A stretch of DNA of 64,000 nt from Limisphaerales bacterium (GCA_965657355.1 CBFHOE010000003.1:437222-501221); one strand, 5' to 3'. Shown: positions 50,354-61,711, numbered from the stretch's first letter. Notes: a model not told the origin generated them from the sequence alone. Numbers and translations: made by a program.

Positions 50354-50761
50354 TTAATTGGTTGTCGAGTCAGACGTATCACTTGCTTGCGATTCTCGTG
50401 CTTTTCGGGCGGCCACAAATGATCTCACTGCTGCCACTGTGAAAATTAAGCAGATGATTGTCATTGCTGTAATGAGTTTTGGAGCAGGGGCACTCCAATC
50501 TAGTGAACCTTTGATAACTCCGGGAACAAGACGGCCAAATCCAGCCAATGTCCCAAGCAATGAAAATAGAACCGAAATGTGCATCCCTAACATGGTATTT
50601 TTGATGGCAAGAATCCCGCCAATCAACATCGCAATACCTACAAATGCCGGAATGGCAGCAGTCAAGGATTGCTTACTCGCGCCGATAGCTTCCCAGCCGA
50701 AATATCCCACGCCACCTGTTAAAATGAGCAGTGCCGAACATACATAACATAGAACTCGCAT
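50354..50761 (-). CDS. Small four-TM membrane protein
   Basis: Four hydrophobic segments; SLTAAIPA, MHI, VRSFVAAR. Confidence 0.75.
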   Translation of the reverse strand: MRVLCYVCSALLILTGGVGYFGWEAIGASKQSLTAAIPAFVGIAMLIGGILAIKNTMLGMHISVLFSLLGTLAGFGRLVPGVIKGSLDWSAPAPKLITAMTIICLIFTVAAVRSFVAARKARESQASDTSDSTTN

Positions 50762-50876
50762 TGCGAAGACCTTACCTTATTTAGGCTGGATCTCAAATCA
50801 ATCTCTATGATTTATCACTAAAAATTTTTTCTCAACATGTGGGAGTCTCGAATCTATTTCTGGATTAAACATCCCT

Positions 50877-52724
50877 TTAAGACAGCCGAGCCGCCAATAA
50901 CTCCCTCTGGTACACTAATTCTTTTGGGAGGTGGTCGTACATTTTAATAAATTGTTCGCCTTGAGAGACGATTTCATCGACCCACTCGTCCGCGTTGAAT
51001 GCCATACACTTTTCGAATCTTTCTTTGGAGAAATTATCTAGTTCGCTGGTGTTAAAATCTTCAAAATTTGGGGTCCAGCCAATCTGTGTTTCATGCCCTG
51101 CGATTTTCCCGTAGCACCTATTGATAATCCACTCGAGAACCCTCATATTATCTCCAAATCCTGGCCAGAGGTACGATCCATCCTCATCTTTTCTAAACCA
51201 GTTGACATGGAAAAACCTTGGTAGATCTTTGATCTCCCTTCTCATTGAAAGCCAGTGACTAAAATAATCACCCATATTATACCCGGTAAATGGCAGCATC
51301 GCCATTGGATCACGGCGAACCTGTTTTTTAAGACCAATCGCCGCAGCCGTGGTTTCAGATCCCATGGTTGCTCCCAAATAGACCCCATGTGACCAATTAA
51401 ACGCTTGAAATACTAGCGGCATAGTCGAGGGTCTGCGTCCCCCGAAAACAATAGCCGAGATAGGCACCCCATCCGGGTTCTGCCATTCTGGATCTATAGT
51501 AGGACATTGCTTGGCATTAGCTGTAAAACGTGCGTTCGGGTGAGCGGCTGGTGTTTCACTTTGAGGAGTCCAATCTTTTCCTTGCCAATCGATCAAATGA
51601 GCTGGAGGTTCATCAGTCAGCCCTTCCCACCAAACATCGCCATCATCAGTTAGCGCCACGTTAGTGAAAATGGTGTTTTCCTTGATGGATTCCATGGCTA
51701 TCGGATTTGTTTGATAAGAAGTTCCCGGGGCAACCCCAAAATAACCTCGCTCTGGATTAATGGCATGAAGTTTTCCATTTTTGTGAGGCCAAAGCCAAGC
51801 GATGTCGTCTCCAACGATTGTCGTTTTCCACCCTTCTTCAGAGTAAGTAGAAGGAGGAACAATCATTGCTAGGTTTGTTTTTCCGCACGCTGATGGGAAG
51901 GCGGCAGTAATATACGACTTATCGCCCTCTGGAGACTCTATTCCCAAAATGAGCATGTGCTCTGCCATCCAATTGTGTTCCAGTGCGATGTTGGAGGCTA
52001 TCCTCAAAGCAAGGCATTTTTTCCCTAATAATGCGTTTCCGCCGTATCCTGATCCATAGCTCCATATCTCACGCGACTCAGGAAAGTGGCATATGTATTT
52101 GTCCTCATTGCACGGCCAGTGGACGTCTTTTTGTCCTGGCGATAGGGGTGCTCCTACTGAATGTGCGCACGGTATAAATAAACCATGACCATCTCTTTTC
52201 TTGGATACAATTCCCTGTTTTTCGTCCTCGAGTCTTTTAAGAACGTCCTTACCCATCGTGGTCATTATTCGCATGTTGACAACGGCATATGGGGAATCAG
52301 TGATTTGAATGCCTATCTTCGCTAACGGAGAATCCATGGGGCCCATGCAGAACGGAATGACATACATGGGGCGACCTTTCATGCATCTTTTAAATAGGGA
52401 ATGCATTTTCTCCAACATCTGGGTGCTTTCCGCCCAATTGTTTGTCGGTCCCGCTTGGTCTTTTCTCTTTGTGCAGATAAAAGTTCGGCCTTCGACTCTG
52501 GCTACGTCTGAAGGACTCGATCGAGCAAGGAATGAGTTTGGTCTCTTAGAGGGGTTGAGCTTGATAAAAGTTCCGCTCGATACCAATTGTTCGGTTAATT
52601 CATCCCATTCCTCTTGCGACCCATCGCACCATACGACTGAATCTGGTTCGCATAGCGAGGTCATTTTATTGACCCATTTAGAAAGCGCAGGATGACTCGT
52701 TCCGGTAATTTTGCCTTTTTTCAT
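50877..52724 (-). CDS. pckG: GTP-dependent phosphoenolpyruvate carboxykinase
   Basis: [50 protein letters not shown]. Confidence 0.98.
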   Translation of the reverse strand: MKKGKITGTSHPALSKWVNKMTSLCEPDSVVWCDGSQEEWDELTEQLVSSGTFIKLNPSKRPNSFLARSSPSDVARVEGRTFICTKRKDQAGPTNNWAESTQMLEKMHSLFKRCMKGRPMYVIPFCMGPMDSPLAKIGIQITDSPYAVVNMRIMTTMGKDVLKRLEDEKQGIVSKKRDGHGLFIPCAHSVGAPLSPGQKDVHWPCNEDKYICHFPESREIWSYGSGYGGNALLGKKCLALRIASNIALEHNWMAEHMLILGIESPEGDKSYITAAFPSACGKTNLAMIVPPSTYSEEGWKTTIVGDDIAWLWPHKNGKLHAINPERGYFGVAPGTSYQTNPIAMESIKENTIFTNVALTDDGDVWWEGLTDEPPAHLIDWQGKDWTPQSETPAAHPNARFTANAKQCPTIDPEWQNPDGVPISAIVFGGRRPSTMPLVFQAFNWSHGVYLGATMGSETTAAAIGLKKQVRRDPMAMLPFTGYNMGDYFSHWLSMRREIKDLPRFFHVNWFRKDEDGSYLWPGFGDNMRVLEWIINRCYGKIAGHETQIGWTPNFEDFNTSELDNFSKERFEKCMAFNADEWVDEIVSQGEQFIKMYDHLPKELVYQRELLAARLS

Positions 52725-52856
52725 TCCATCACTAGATTCAAGAGAATCGGTTGAGCATTCAAGTCAATACAGCAACAGATACATTTTCTTTAGGGTTGCT
52801 ACAATACCAGCTCAACCAGTTTTTTTTAAAAAAAGCCCAAAAATGCTTTTTCAACT

Positions 52857-53435
52857 TTAAGCAAAATAATCGGGCTCGTTACCTTGTATCCACTTAATAT
52901 TGCATCCCAAGCTAGGGATTTGTTCGGTTGGTATTGGATCAGAGGCAAGTAAAGCAGTCACCGCATTTTTAAGATTTTTCCCAGAAACATCTTTCCCGTT
53001 TCCTGGCCTTGCATCATCGTATTGACCCCTATAGACAAGCTTCAGCTCTTCATCAAATAGATAAAAATCAGGCGTGCAGGCCGCTTTATAGGCTTTCGCA
53101 GTCTCTTGGTTTTTGTCTATCAAATACGGAAAGGTGTATGAAAAATTGTCTATTTCAATCAACATTTTTTCAGGTGAGTCATCTGGGTAATTCTTGAAAT
53201 CATTAGAATTGATAGCCACAAACCCGACGTCGTTTTTCTGGCAATCTTTAGCAAATTCTGAAATAGACTCTCTAAGGAGTTGCACGTAAGGACAGTGGTT
53301 GCACATGAAAACAATAATTAAACCCTTTTTTCCCGAGAAATCGTCTAATTTAACAACTTCACCTTTTGGGGTTTCCAGTGAGAAATAAGGAGCTGATGTT
53401 TTCAGCTCAAGCATAGTCGAAGGTGTTCTTGCCAT
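52857..53435 (-). CDS. Thioredoxin-like (AhpC/TSA) redoxin
   Basis: FMCNHCPYV, AACTPDF, YRGQYDD, SLGCNIKW. Confidence 0.92.
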   Translation of the reverse strand: MARTPSTMLELKTSAPYFSLETPKGEVVKLDDFSGKKGLIIVFMCNHCPYVQLLRESISEFAKDCQKNDVGFVAINSNDFKNYPDDSPEKMLIEIDNFSYTFPYLIDKNQETAKAYKAACTPDFYLFDEELKLVYRGQYDDARPGNGKDVSGKNLKNAVTALLASDPIPTEQIPSLGCNIKWIQGNEPDYFA

Positions 53436-53552
53436 ATGTTACAACACTTCAAACACTTCACCCAGAAGTAAAGTCTCAATATCAAAACTCCTCAAATTTT
53501 TTAATGACGCTCTATTCAATAGCAGGCATTATTTAATCTCTCATTTTGTTCT

Positions 53553-55205
53553 ATGATCATTTCGATTTCACTCTTGCTTGGGGCGATGGCCCTAGTTTTA
53601 GGGGGTATTTTAATTTTTAGATTACATGCCTTCCTCGCGTTAATTTTTGCGTCATTGTTCATTGCGTTTTTAACTCCTACCTGGCTGACTCAAGGATTTT
53701 ATATCTCATCCAGTGGAGGGACTCAAAGTATCGACGTTCAGGACATGACCGTGGCTCAAAATAAGATTACTGGAGTCATGCCAGGCAAACCTATGGCGAT
53801 ATTAAGAAAAGATTCGAAATCAAGCCCTTATTACAAAGTTGCATCTGGAACCGTAGCTTCTCCAGGCAATACTTCGGAAAAATTGAAACTCGTGTTAGAT
53901 GAAGAGATTAATGTGCTTGAAGGCGACCAAGTTATAGCAAGTTCTCAGTGGGTTTCTATCCAATCATCCTGCGATCGATCTGTAGGATCCAGAATTGCCA
54001 GTGGATTTGGAAATACCGCGGCAAAAATAGGTGTCATCATAGCTCTGGCCTCTGTGATCGGTAGCTGCCTCATGGTCAGTGGTGCAGCCAGTCGAATTAT
54101 TGATTCACTGGTTGGGTTTTTCGGAGCAAAGCGTGCTTCGGTTGGTTTTCTTATCGGTAGCTTTGTTGTAGGGATTCCCGTGTTCTTTGACACTGTGTTT
54201 TACCTCATGATTCCATTGGCGAGAGCCTATTATCGGGAACATCGAAAGGGCTATTTGCTATGCGTTTTATCCATAGTCGCTGGAGCTACTATGGCCCATT
54301 CACTCGTGCCTCCGACTCCTGGTCCTTTGCAAGTTGCCTCTGAACTCGGCGTCTCTGTGGGGCTCATGATGATTTGTGGCTTAGGTATGGGAATTATAAC
54401 CGTCTCAGCGGGTTACTTTTTGGCTGTTTTTCTCGATAAAAGAAACCCTATACCTTGTCGCGCAATTGAAGCTGAACCTGCCAATGCCGATGAGGACGTA
54501 AAAAGCGGTCGCACACCATCGCTTGTCGCTTCTCTTATACCAATCATACTCCCCGTTATTCTTATATCAATTGGGACTCTTGCCTCTATGGATCAAAAAG
54601 CATCATCTCCGCAACTTTCAAATACAATTTATGAAACTATATCATTTTTCGCAAACAAGAATATCGCTCTGGCTCTATCTGCCGCTTTTTCTCTTTTTCT
54701 GGCGGCTAAATACGGTCGTAAAAATGATAGCTCGAATAAAGATTACATCCATAAAGCCCTCATGAGTGGTGGTGTTATACTTCTTATCACAGCTGGTGGC
54801 GGGGCCTTTGGGCAGGTTCTCAAAGAAACTGGAATAACCATCTGGGCGGGCGGTCTTACGCCTGGTGAAACACCATGGACAGTCCTCGTTGCTTTTCTTG
54901 TGACCACTACTATTCGGATTGCCCAAGGTTCGGCTACAGTGGCCATGGTTACCGCTGTCGGTGTTGTTCAACCGCTTGTCGCCACGGGAATTCTTGGCTT
55001 CCATCCTGTCTATCTCGCTTTGGCTATCGGTTGTGGGTCAAAACCCATTCCTTGGATGAATGATTCTGGGTTCTGGATCATTTCGAAAATGGGTGGGTTT
55101 ACCGAGAAGGAAACACTTAAGACAGCCTCCATAATGATGACGACTATGGGGGTTGTCGGGGGATTAGTCGTTTTTATCTTGGCCTGGTTATTCCCTGGTG
55201 TTTGA
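53553..55205 (+). CDS. GntP family sugar-acid:H+ symporter
   Basis: LHAFLAL, IPVFFD, PPTPGP, AGGGAFG, AQGSATVA, NDSGFW. Confidence 0.92.
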   Translation: MIISISLLLGAMALVLGGILIFRLHAFLALIFASLFIAFLTPTWLTQGFYISSSGGTQSIDVQDMTVAQNKITGVMPGKPMAILRKDSKSSPYYKVASGTVASPGNTSEKLKLVLDEEINVLEGDQVIASSQWVSIQSSCDRSVGSRIASGFGNTAAKIGVIIALASVIGSCLMVSGAASRIIDSLVGFFGAKRASVGFLIGSFVVGIPVFFDTVFYLMIPLARAYYREHRKGYLLCVLSIVAGATMAHSLVPPTPGPLQVASELGVSVGLMMICGLGMGIITVSAGYFLAVFLDKRNPIPCRAIEAEPANADEDVKSGRTPSLVASLIPIILPVILISIGTLASMDQKASSPQLSNTIYETISFFANKNIALALSAAFSLFLAAKYGRKNDSSNKDYIHKALMSGGVILLITAGGGAFGQVLKETGITIWAGGLTPGETPWTVLVAFLVTTTIRIAQGSATVAMVTAVGVVQPLVATGILGFHPVYLALAIGCGSKPIPWMNDSGFWIISKMGGFTEKETLKTASIMMTTMGVVGGLVVFILAWLFPGV

Positions 55206-55275
55206 AACACTTATTATGGGTTGTTATTAGCAATGTGATTCACTATCTTTTTTCAATCTTTGAATAAAGGAGCAC

Positions 55276-57000
55276 ATGCCCAAAATAGATCCCAAAAAAC
55301 TCAGAAGTTACAGATGGTTCGGCCCTGATGATCAGCGATCCTTTGGTCACAGGTCACGCATCAAACAAATGGGGCTTACTAATGAAGATTATTTGGGGAA
55401 ACCTGTTATCGGTATTCTAAATACTTGGAGCGAGCTCAATCCCTGCCATATCCATCTAAGAGAGAGGGCTGAATCTATCAAAAAGGGTGTCTGGCAGGCT
55501 GGCGGGTATCCTGTTGAGCTACCTGTTATGTCGCTTGATGAGTCATACATTAAGCCCACCTCGATGCTTTATCGAAACCTCTTAGCTATGGAAGCTGAGG
55601 AAACAATCAGGTGCCACCCAGTTGATGGGGTTGTCCTCATGGGGGGGTGTGATAAAACGACTCCAGCTCTCATCATGGGAGCGACAAGTGCGCAGATTCC
55701 GTTTATGTTCTTCTCCGCTGGCCCCATGATACCGGGTTATTATAATGGGGAAACTCTCGGAAGCGGTAGTGATATGTGGAAATATTGGGCCGAAAGGTGT
55801 GCCGGTAATTTGTGCGATGAAGATTGGCACTCTATGGAAGATGGAATAGCCCGCTCCCCTGGACACTGTATGACAATGGGGACAGCTTCCACAATGACTG
55901 CTGTGGCTGAATCTCTTGGTCTAATGTTGCCAGGCGCTTCTTCTGTCCCAGCTGTGCATGCTGAGCATGTGAGAGTTGCTTCAAAATGTGGTAGAAGGAT
56001 TATTGAAATGGTGGCAGAGAATCTTACACCTGATAAAATCCTCACAGAGGACGCTTTTCATAATGCTTGTGTCACGATCATGTCCATTGGGGCTTCCACG
56101 AATTCTTTAATCCATATTCTTGCCATGGCTGGGCGTGCTGGGGTCTCCCTATCACTCGATTCTTTTGATCAGTTCTCCAGATCCACCCCAACCCTGGCGA
56201 ATATCCGACCCTCCGGAGAATTTCTAATGGAAGATTTTTATGAGGCGGGTGGTCTCCCTGCCTTATTAGAGGTTTTAAGGCCTCATCTAAAACTCGAGGC
56301 TCTCACTGTGAATGGTCAGACCCTCGGCCACAATATTTGTGGAAAAAAAATTATTCGACCTGAAGTCATAAGGACTCTCGACAATCCAATTTCAGAATCT
56401 GGTGGCATCTGTGTGTTGAAGGGTAATCTGGCACCTGATGGTTGTGTCATGAAACCAACAGCCGCCGAATCAAGACTTCTTAAGCATAAGGGAAAAGCTC
56501 TTGTTTTTGATAGTTATCCCGACTTAAAGAAGGCCATTAATGATCCCGATCTCGACGTGACCCCGGATTCCATTCTTATTTTGAGGAATGCTGGCCCTAT
56601 TGGTGGGCCTGGAATGCCAGAGTGGGGGATGTTACCGATTCCAAATAAGCTTCTCAAACAGGGCGTCCGAGATATGGTTCGGATAAGTGATGCACGGATG
56701 AGTGGAACAAGCTATGGATCTTGTATTCTACACATAGCCCCCGAGAGCGCGGTTGGTGGACCACTTGCTCTCGTAAAAAACGGCGACGAAATCGAAATAA
56801 ACGTAGAACAAAGATCCATCAACCTTTGCGTATCAGATGACGAGCTGGCCACCAGAAAAGCTCAATGGACTAAACCAGAACCGCACTACCAAAGAGGCTT
56901 TGGATTTCTCTTTGCCCAGCATGTCACTCAAGCAAACCATGGATGCGATTTCAACTTTCTCCACAGTGGTACCCAAATTCCAGAACCGGATATCCACTAA
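55276..57000 (+). CDS. IlvD/Edd family sugar-acid dehydratase (L-arabinonate dehydratase-like)
   Basis: LRSYRWF, NPCH, GCDKT, CMTMGTAST, GPGMPE, SDARMSGT; adjacent to GntP. Confidence 0.9.
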   Translation: MPKIDPKKLRSYRWFGPDDQRSFGHRSRIKQMGLTNEDYLGKPVIGILNTWSELNPCHIHLRERAESIKKGVWQAGGYPVELPVMSLDESYIKPTSMLYRNLLAMEAEETIRCHPVDGVVLMGGCDKTTPALIMGATSAQIPFMFFSAGPMIPGYYNGETLGSGSDMWKYWAERCAGNLCDEDWHSMEDGIARSPGHCMTMGTASTMTAVAESLGLMLPGASSVPAVHAEHVRVASKCGRRIIEMVAENLTPDKILTEDAFHNACVTIMSIGASTNSLIHILAMAGRAGVSLSLDSFDQFSRSTPTLANIRPSGEFLMEDFYEAGGLPALLEVLRPHLKLEALTVNGQTLGHNICGKKIIRPEVIRTLDNPISESGGICVLKGNLAPDGCVMKPTAAESRLLKHKGKALVFDSYPDLKKAINDPDLDVTPDSILILRNAGPIGGPGMPEWGMLPIPNKLLKQGVRDMVRISDARMSGTSYGSCILHIAPESAVGGPLALVKNGDEIEINVEQRSINLCVSDDELATRKAQWTKPEPHYQRGFGFLFAQHVTQANHGCDFNFLHSGTQIPEPDIH

Positions 57001-57027
57001 AGATTCCCATTCACGCTTTCCCTACAA

Positions 57028-57056
57028 TTCACAATGACCTAATGTGTCATTGTGAA
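57028..57056. repeat. Perfect 11 bp inverted repeat after the dehydratase gene
   Basis: TTCACAATGAC-N7-GTCATTGTGAA; no clear T tract. Confidence 0.7.
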
Positions 57057-57262
57057 CTCCCTTTACTGACAATCAGCTAAAGCCATTACAAGACTGCACT
57101 TTGCCAAGTGAGGTATTCGTCAATCAACCAGTCGCTGATGTTTCCATAATAATACACCGTATTGCCAGATCTCCTAAGAAACGGATCAATCAACCGCCAG
57201 CTCATCAAAAGAATAATCCTTTCGGATTCCAGTCCATTCATTAGAACAGATAGAAACACAAC

Positions 57263-57273
57263 GTGCCAGGCAC
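57263..57273. repeat. REP-like palindrome upstream of the RAYT gene
   Basis: GTGCCAGGCAC; GTGCCAGG also at 58359-58366 and 62016-62023. Confidence 0.55.
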
Positions 57274-57318
57274 TTTATACTTGTTGTTTATTCTTTTTGT
57301 GATTAACTGAGATCAGAT

Positions 57319-58278
57319 ATGAGAGTAAAGAGATCGAGTTTAACTTCGGGTAACAAGTCCCGAGTCTTTCATGTCGTGAGTCGTGTGGTGGGGCGGCAGC
57401 TAATTTTTGGAGACCAGGAAAAGAGTTTTTTTCACTCGTGTCTGCGCAAGATGGAATCTTACTCAGGTTTGGAAGTGCTATCATATTGTCTGATGGGAAA
57501 CCATTTCCATCTTCTTCTTCATGTGCCACCTAAGCCCGAGGAAATATCAATTCGGGATGTCAGAAAGAGAATGGTTCACAAATACAGTCGAAGAAAAATT
57601 GCAGAATTTGAGGCGTTTATAAGTCAGATGAAGGAAAAAGGATCAGAGAATTTTGAGGTCGAATTCTATGAGAAACAATGGGTCCGTATGTTTGATCTTT
57701 CAAATTTTCTGAAAGAAATAAAAGAGCAATTTTCCAAATGGTATAACAAAAAAGAACAACGAAGTGGCACTTTGTGGGAGAGTCGATATTCGAGTTCCTT
57801 AGTTGAGGGAAGACCAGATACTTTGATGGGGGTTGGTGCTTACATTGAGCTGAATCCAATCAGGGCTGGAATTGTTGATAGGATTGAGAAATACCGTTGG
57901 TGCTCATTCTCGGAAGCGGTGGCCGGGGGTGGGAAAGCTCGCGAAGGCATTGCAAAAATGGTAAATGGTTTAAAGAATGGATTATCTGCCGAATCAGCGA
58001 TCACTTTATATAAACAGAAGTTATATAGCCCATATTATTGTGAGATTGAAAAAAATAACGAATCAATAGTTCGGCATTCCGAAGCCATTAAAAAATACGA
58101 TGAAGTGGATATCTCAAAATCCAAAGTACGATTTTATACCGACGGCCTTGCCATTGGTAGTAAAGAATTTCTAGATGAATTTATGAACTCATACAAAGAC
58201 ATTGTCCCAGAAAATAGAAAGAGCCCTATAACTGAAATCAAAGGGACTAATATATTTTCATACCGCAACGTCCGGTAA
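57319..58278 (+). mobile_element. HUH/Y1 transposase, REP-associated tyrosine transposase (RAYT)-like
   Basis: FHVVSRVV, YCLMGNHFHLLL (HUH), SGTLWESRY, AYIELNPIRAG (catalytic Tyr), YRWCS. Confidence 0.9.
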
Positions 58279-58331
58279 AACCAAATTTACTCGAAGAGAA
58301 CGATAGTTATTCATACATAAATCCTGACTGG

Positions 58332-58371
58332 CCTGGCATGCAACGTTTCGAATGTTGTGTGCCAGGTTTTT
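58332..58371 (+). terminator. Hairpin/terminator between the RAYT gene and ggt
   Basis: CCTGGCATGCAACGT/ATGTTGTGTGCCAGG 15 bp stem with three G-U pairs, then 5 T. Confidence 0.7.
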
Positions 58372-58381
58372 CTCATTTGGT

Positions 58382-60097
58382 TTAGTAGCCGCTGGCCATA
58401 CCATCTTTACGTGATTCAGAGGCGCCGTAATAGACTCCGGATGTGGGGTCTTTCATAATACCTTGATACCCGCCATAAGATGTTTTACCTGAGCTGATGT
58501 TATGCCCCCAGAGCTTTAGTTGCTCTATGACGTGGTCCGGATAAGTGTTTTCAAGATAAACGGTTCCACTTCCGTTTGCATTTTTGCCAGTTGGAGTGGA
58601 AGAACCAGAGTGTCTAATCCTCGGAGCGTCCCCAGCTTCTTGCAGGTTCATACCAAAGTCAATCAAGTTGACCACAATTTGAGTATGTCCTTGCGGCTGC
58701 ATGTCACCTCCCATGACACCGAAACTGACCCAAGGCTTCCCATCTTTAGTTATAAATGCTGGTATTATTGTATGAAATGGTCGCTTTCCTGGCTCATATG
58801 AATTGGCTTGCCCCTCCACCAACTTAAATAATTGACCTCGATTCTGAAGCATGAATCCCAGTTTTGTTGGTATCATACCGGATCCAAACCCCATATAGTT
58901 ACTCTGGATAAGGGAGACCATATTGCCGGATTTATCTGCAGTTGTCAGAAATATTGTATCTCCATTCTGCAAGATTGGATCACCGAACTTCACATTCGCG
59001 GATGCTTGGTATGGATGAATTAATTCTCGTCGTTTATCTGCATAATTTTTCGAAATAAGTTGTTGAACTGGAACTTTTGAGAATTGTAAATCAGCATAAA
59101 AATGAGCTCTATCCTCAAACGCTAACTTCTTTGCCTCAATAAAATGGTGAATATATTGCGGACTACCAAAACCCATTCCTTTAATATCATATCCCTCCAA
59201 TATTTTGAGTATCTGCAGAGCGGCTATGCCCTGTGTGTTTGGTGGGAGTTCCCACACATCATAACCTCGGTAATTGGCAGAAACCGGTTCAACCCATTCA
59301 GATCTGTGTTGGGACATATCTTCGTAATTGAGAAACCCTCCTTGTGATTTGATAAAGTGGTCTATTGTTCGGGCAATTTCCCCTTTGTAGAACACATCAC
59401 GTCCCCCTTGTGCTATGCGATTAAGTGTGTGTGCTAAATCGGGATTTTTAAAGATTTGACCTTTTTGAGGAGCTTTTCCATTGATGAGATAAGTTTCGTT
59501 AAAGCCGGGGTATTTTTTAAATCGATTCACCGACGATGCCCAACCAGCAGCGATGACCTCCGTTAAAGGAAAACCATTGTTCGCGTAATCGATAGCAGGT
59601 TGAAGAAGATCTTTGATCGGAAGTTTCCCAAACTTATCATGTAGTTCAAACCAGCCATCCACGCAGCCAGGCACAGTCACAGGAAGTGGTCCAAAGTCTG
59701 GAACAAATTCGAGACCCTTATCTCTAAAGTTTTTTAACAAGAGATTTTTGGGAGAGCGACCACTCGCGTTTAAACCATGTAATTTTTTGGTATTGGCATC
59801 CCAAACTATTGCGAATAAGTCTCCTCCTATTCCGTTGCCAGTAGGTTCGACGAGCCCCATCACAGCATTTGCCGCAATAGCTGCATCAACTGCGGATCCG
59901 CCTTTTTTTAATATATCAAGGCCGACATTTACGGCCAACGGTTGGCTGGTCGCAACCATACCATTCTCAGCGATCACTTCTGATCGTGATGCAAAAGATC
60001 TACCAACATTTCTGTCAGCTGCGTCCACTGGTGGTAAGGTCACTATGACAAAATATCCAAAGAAAAGCTGAAAAATCAATATCTGGATCCATCTCAT
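58382..60097 (-). CDS. ggt: Gamma-glutamyltransferase
   Basis: GGSAVDAAIA, GIGGD, VPG, DT autoprocessing site, QSNYMGFGSG, KRPFHTIIP, MGGDMQPQG. Confidence 0.95.
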   Translation of the reverse strand: MRWIQILIFQLFFGYFVIVTLPPVDAADRNVGRSFASRSEVIAENGMVATSQPLAVNVGLDILKKGGSAVDAAIAANAVMGLVEPTGNGIGGDLFAIVWDANTKKLHGLNASGRSPKNLLLKNFRDKGLEFVPDFGPLPVTVPGCVDGWFELHDKFGKLPIKDLLQPAIDYANNGFPLTEVIAAGWASSVNRFKKYPGFNETYLINGKAPQKGQIFKNPDLAHTLNRIAQGGRDVFYKGEIARTIDHFIKSQGGFLNYEDMSQHRSEWVEPVSANYRGYDVWELPPNTQGIAALQILKILEGYDIKGMGFGSPQYIHHFIEAKKLAFEDRAHFYADLQFSKVPVQQLISKNYADKRRELIHPYQASANVKFGDPILQNGDTIFLTTADKSGNMVSLIQSNYMGFGSGMIPTKLGFMLQNRGQLFKLVEGQANSYEPGKRPFHTIIPAFITKDGKPWVSFGVMGGDMQPQGHTQIVVNLIDFGMNLQEAGDAPRIRHSGSSTPTGKNANGSGTVYLENTYPDHVIEQLKLWGHNISSGKTSYGGYQGIMKDPTSGVYYGASESRKDGMASGY

Positions 60098-60200
60098 GAA
60101 TATAGATTAATATGCCACATCCGGATAACAACCTACAATTTAAGGTTGTTTGTTAGGGCGGCAAGATTGTTATTTCTACTTTCCCGTTGTAGTATAGGGC

Positions 60201-60824
60201 ATGCTTGGAATTACAGGGCCTCTCAGTATTAGATGTTTCATAATCTTAACTGTATTTGGCTTATTCACCTGCATCGGAAATGCGGGTGAAGGCCTCTTGA
60301 GTTTTGATTTCAAATTGCGTTCGACCAGCGGGGAAATCATTGACCCATTAAAACCCAAAAAGACTAAGGAGAATTTTAACGGATTTGTCTTTATCTTCAC
60401 CCTAACAGACTGCCCTATTGCGAATTCATACTCGCCTGAAATTTCTAGAATCAGCAAAGAATATAGGGAAAAAGGATTTGATTTATACTTAATTCAAACG
60501 AACCCCAATTTAAAAATAGAGGATGCCAAAAAGCACCAAAAAGAGTATTCCTTAGATATTGAAGTCTTATTAGATCCTCACCACAAATTGGTAAGTGTTT
60601 GTAAAGCGGAAAATGTTCCTGAGGTCATTGTCTTATCCCCAGAGAAAAAAATCCTTTATAAGGGAAGAATTAATGATCGTAACACGGCTTATGGAAAACG
60701 AAGGCGTCAGCCAAGTCGGCATGATTTAAGATTGGCCCTAGAATCAATTTTCAACAAGACGCCCGTGGAAATATCCAGAACAAAAGTTATTGGATGTTAC
60801 ATCCCACCTCTTCCGAAAATTTAA
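60201..60824 (+). CDS. Exported thioredoxin-fold redoxin
   Basis: Signal peptide; DCPIAN, PE, YKGRIND, IGCYI. Confidence 0.85.
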   Translation: MLGITGPLSIRCFIILTVFGLFTCIGNAGEGLLSFDFKLRSTSGEIIDPLKPKKTKENFNGFVFIFTLTDCPIANSYSPEISRISKEYREKGFDLYLIQTNPNLKIEDAKKHQKEYSLDIEVLLDPHHKLVSVCKAENVPEVIVLSPEKKILYKGRINDRNTAYGKRRRQPSRHDLRLALESIFNKTPVEISRTKVIGCYIPPLPKI

Positions 60825-60831
60825 TCCGCTT

Positions 60832-61611
60832 TCATTGTAAAAGACCTGAATACAAAAGCTTTCCCCCTGCCAGGAAAGTTGTCACTAATACGATGTTCTT
60901 GAAAAGTGATTCAGAGACTCTTCCATGAAGAAAAATCCCTATAAAAACTCCCAGCGGTACGAAAAGAAAAAATCCCGCATTCCACATTAGACTTTTTACA
61001 TTGATAGCACCAATGAAGAAAAAAAAGGGAACTTTCAACCAATTGATAATCGAAAAAATAAGAGCATTAGTGCCGACAAACTCACCTTTTGGTAAATTCT
61101 TTGGGATAAGATAAATCGCGACCACTGGGCCTGCACCATGTGCAAAAGTTGAAGTCAAACCGGCTACTGTCCCTATTAGCCAGGTCAACAAACCAGATTC
61201 TTTTTTCTTAGAAGATTCACCAACCCTGATGATTTTACTTCTCAATATATGAAATATGACAAAAGTAATAGCAATGAGCCCTAATAGTAATTGAAAAAAT
61301 TTCGGTGAAACTCGATTCATTAATATCGCACCTATGACGATACCAACTACTGCTCCTGGAATGAGGTTTTTCACCGAGTCCCAATTCCATTTTTTCCTGT
61401 AGTGCCATAAAGATATTCCGTCACCTAAACAGAGTAGGGGGAGAAGAAAACCTATAGCAAACATAGTGTCTTTTCCCAACTCGGTCAGACCAACGGCACA
61501 TATGGGAACGGTCAACATGCCCATTCCACCACCAAATCCAGCTTTGGAAATGCCAATAAACATCACCCCAAAACCAATGAGAAACCATGCAAATAATTCC
61601 TGAATCTCCAC
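60832..61611 (-). CDS. TauE/SafE family sulfite exporter-like membrane protein
   Basis: KAGFGGG and HGAGP repeats; about 8 TM helices. Confidence 0.88.
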   Translation of the reverse strand: MEIQELFAWFLIGFGVMFIGISKAGFGGGMGMLTVPICAVGLTELGKDTMFAIGFLLPLLCLGDGISLWHYRKKWNWDSVKNLIPGAVVGIVIGAILMNRVSPKFFQLLLGLIAITFVIFHILRSKIIRVGESSKKKESGLLTWLIGTVAGLTSTFAHGAGPVVAIYLIPKNLPKGEFVGTNALIFSIINWLKVPFFFFIGAINVKSLMWNAGFFLFVPLGVFIGIFLHGRVSESLFKNIVLVTTFLAGGKLLYSGLLQ

Positions 61612-61681
61612 GGCAACTACTCAAACAAACGCATCTACTTAATCAAACATATTTCTTGTCTTAAAAAATTGAACTTTCCTC

Positions 61682-61711
61682 TTGATATCTAATGTGGGTC
61701 TCCTCTATTGT
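61682..61711 (+). promoter_or_regulatory. Sigma70-like promoter for tRNA-fMet
   Basis: TTGATA-N18-TATTGT ending 16 nt before the tRNA. Confidence 0.4.
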
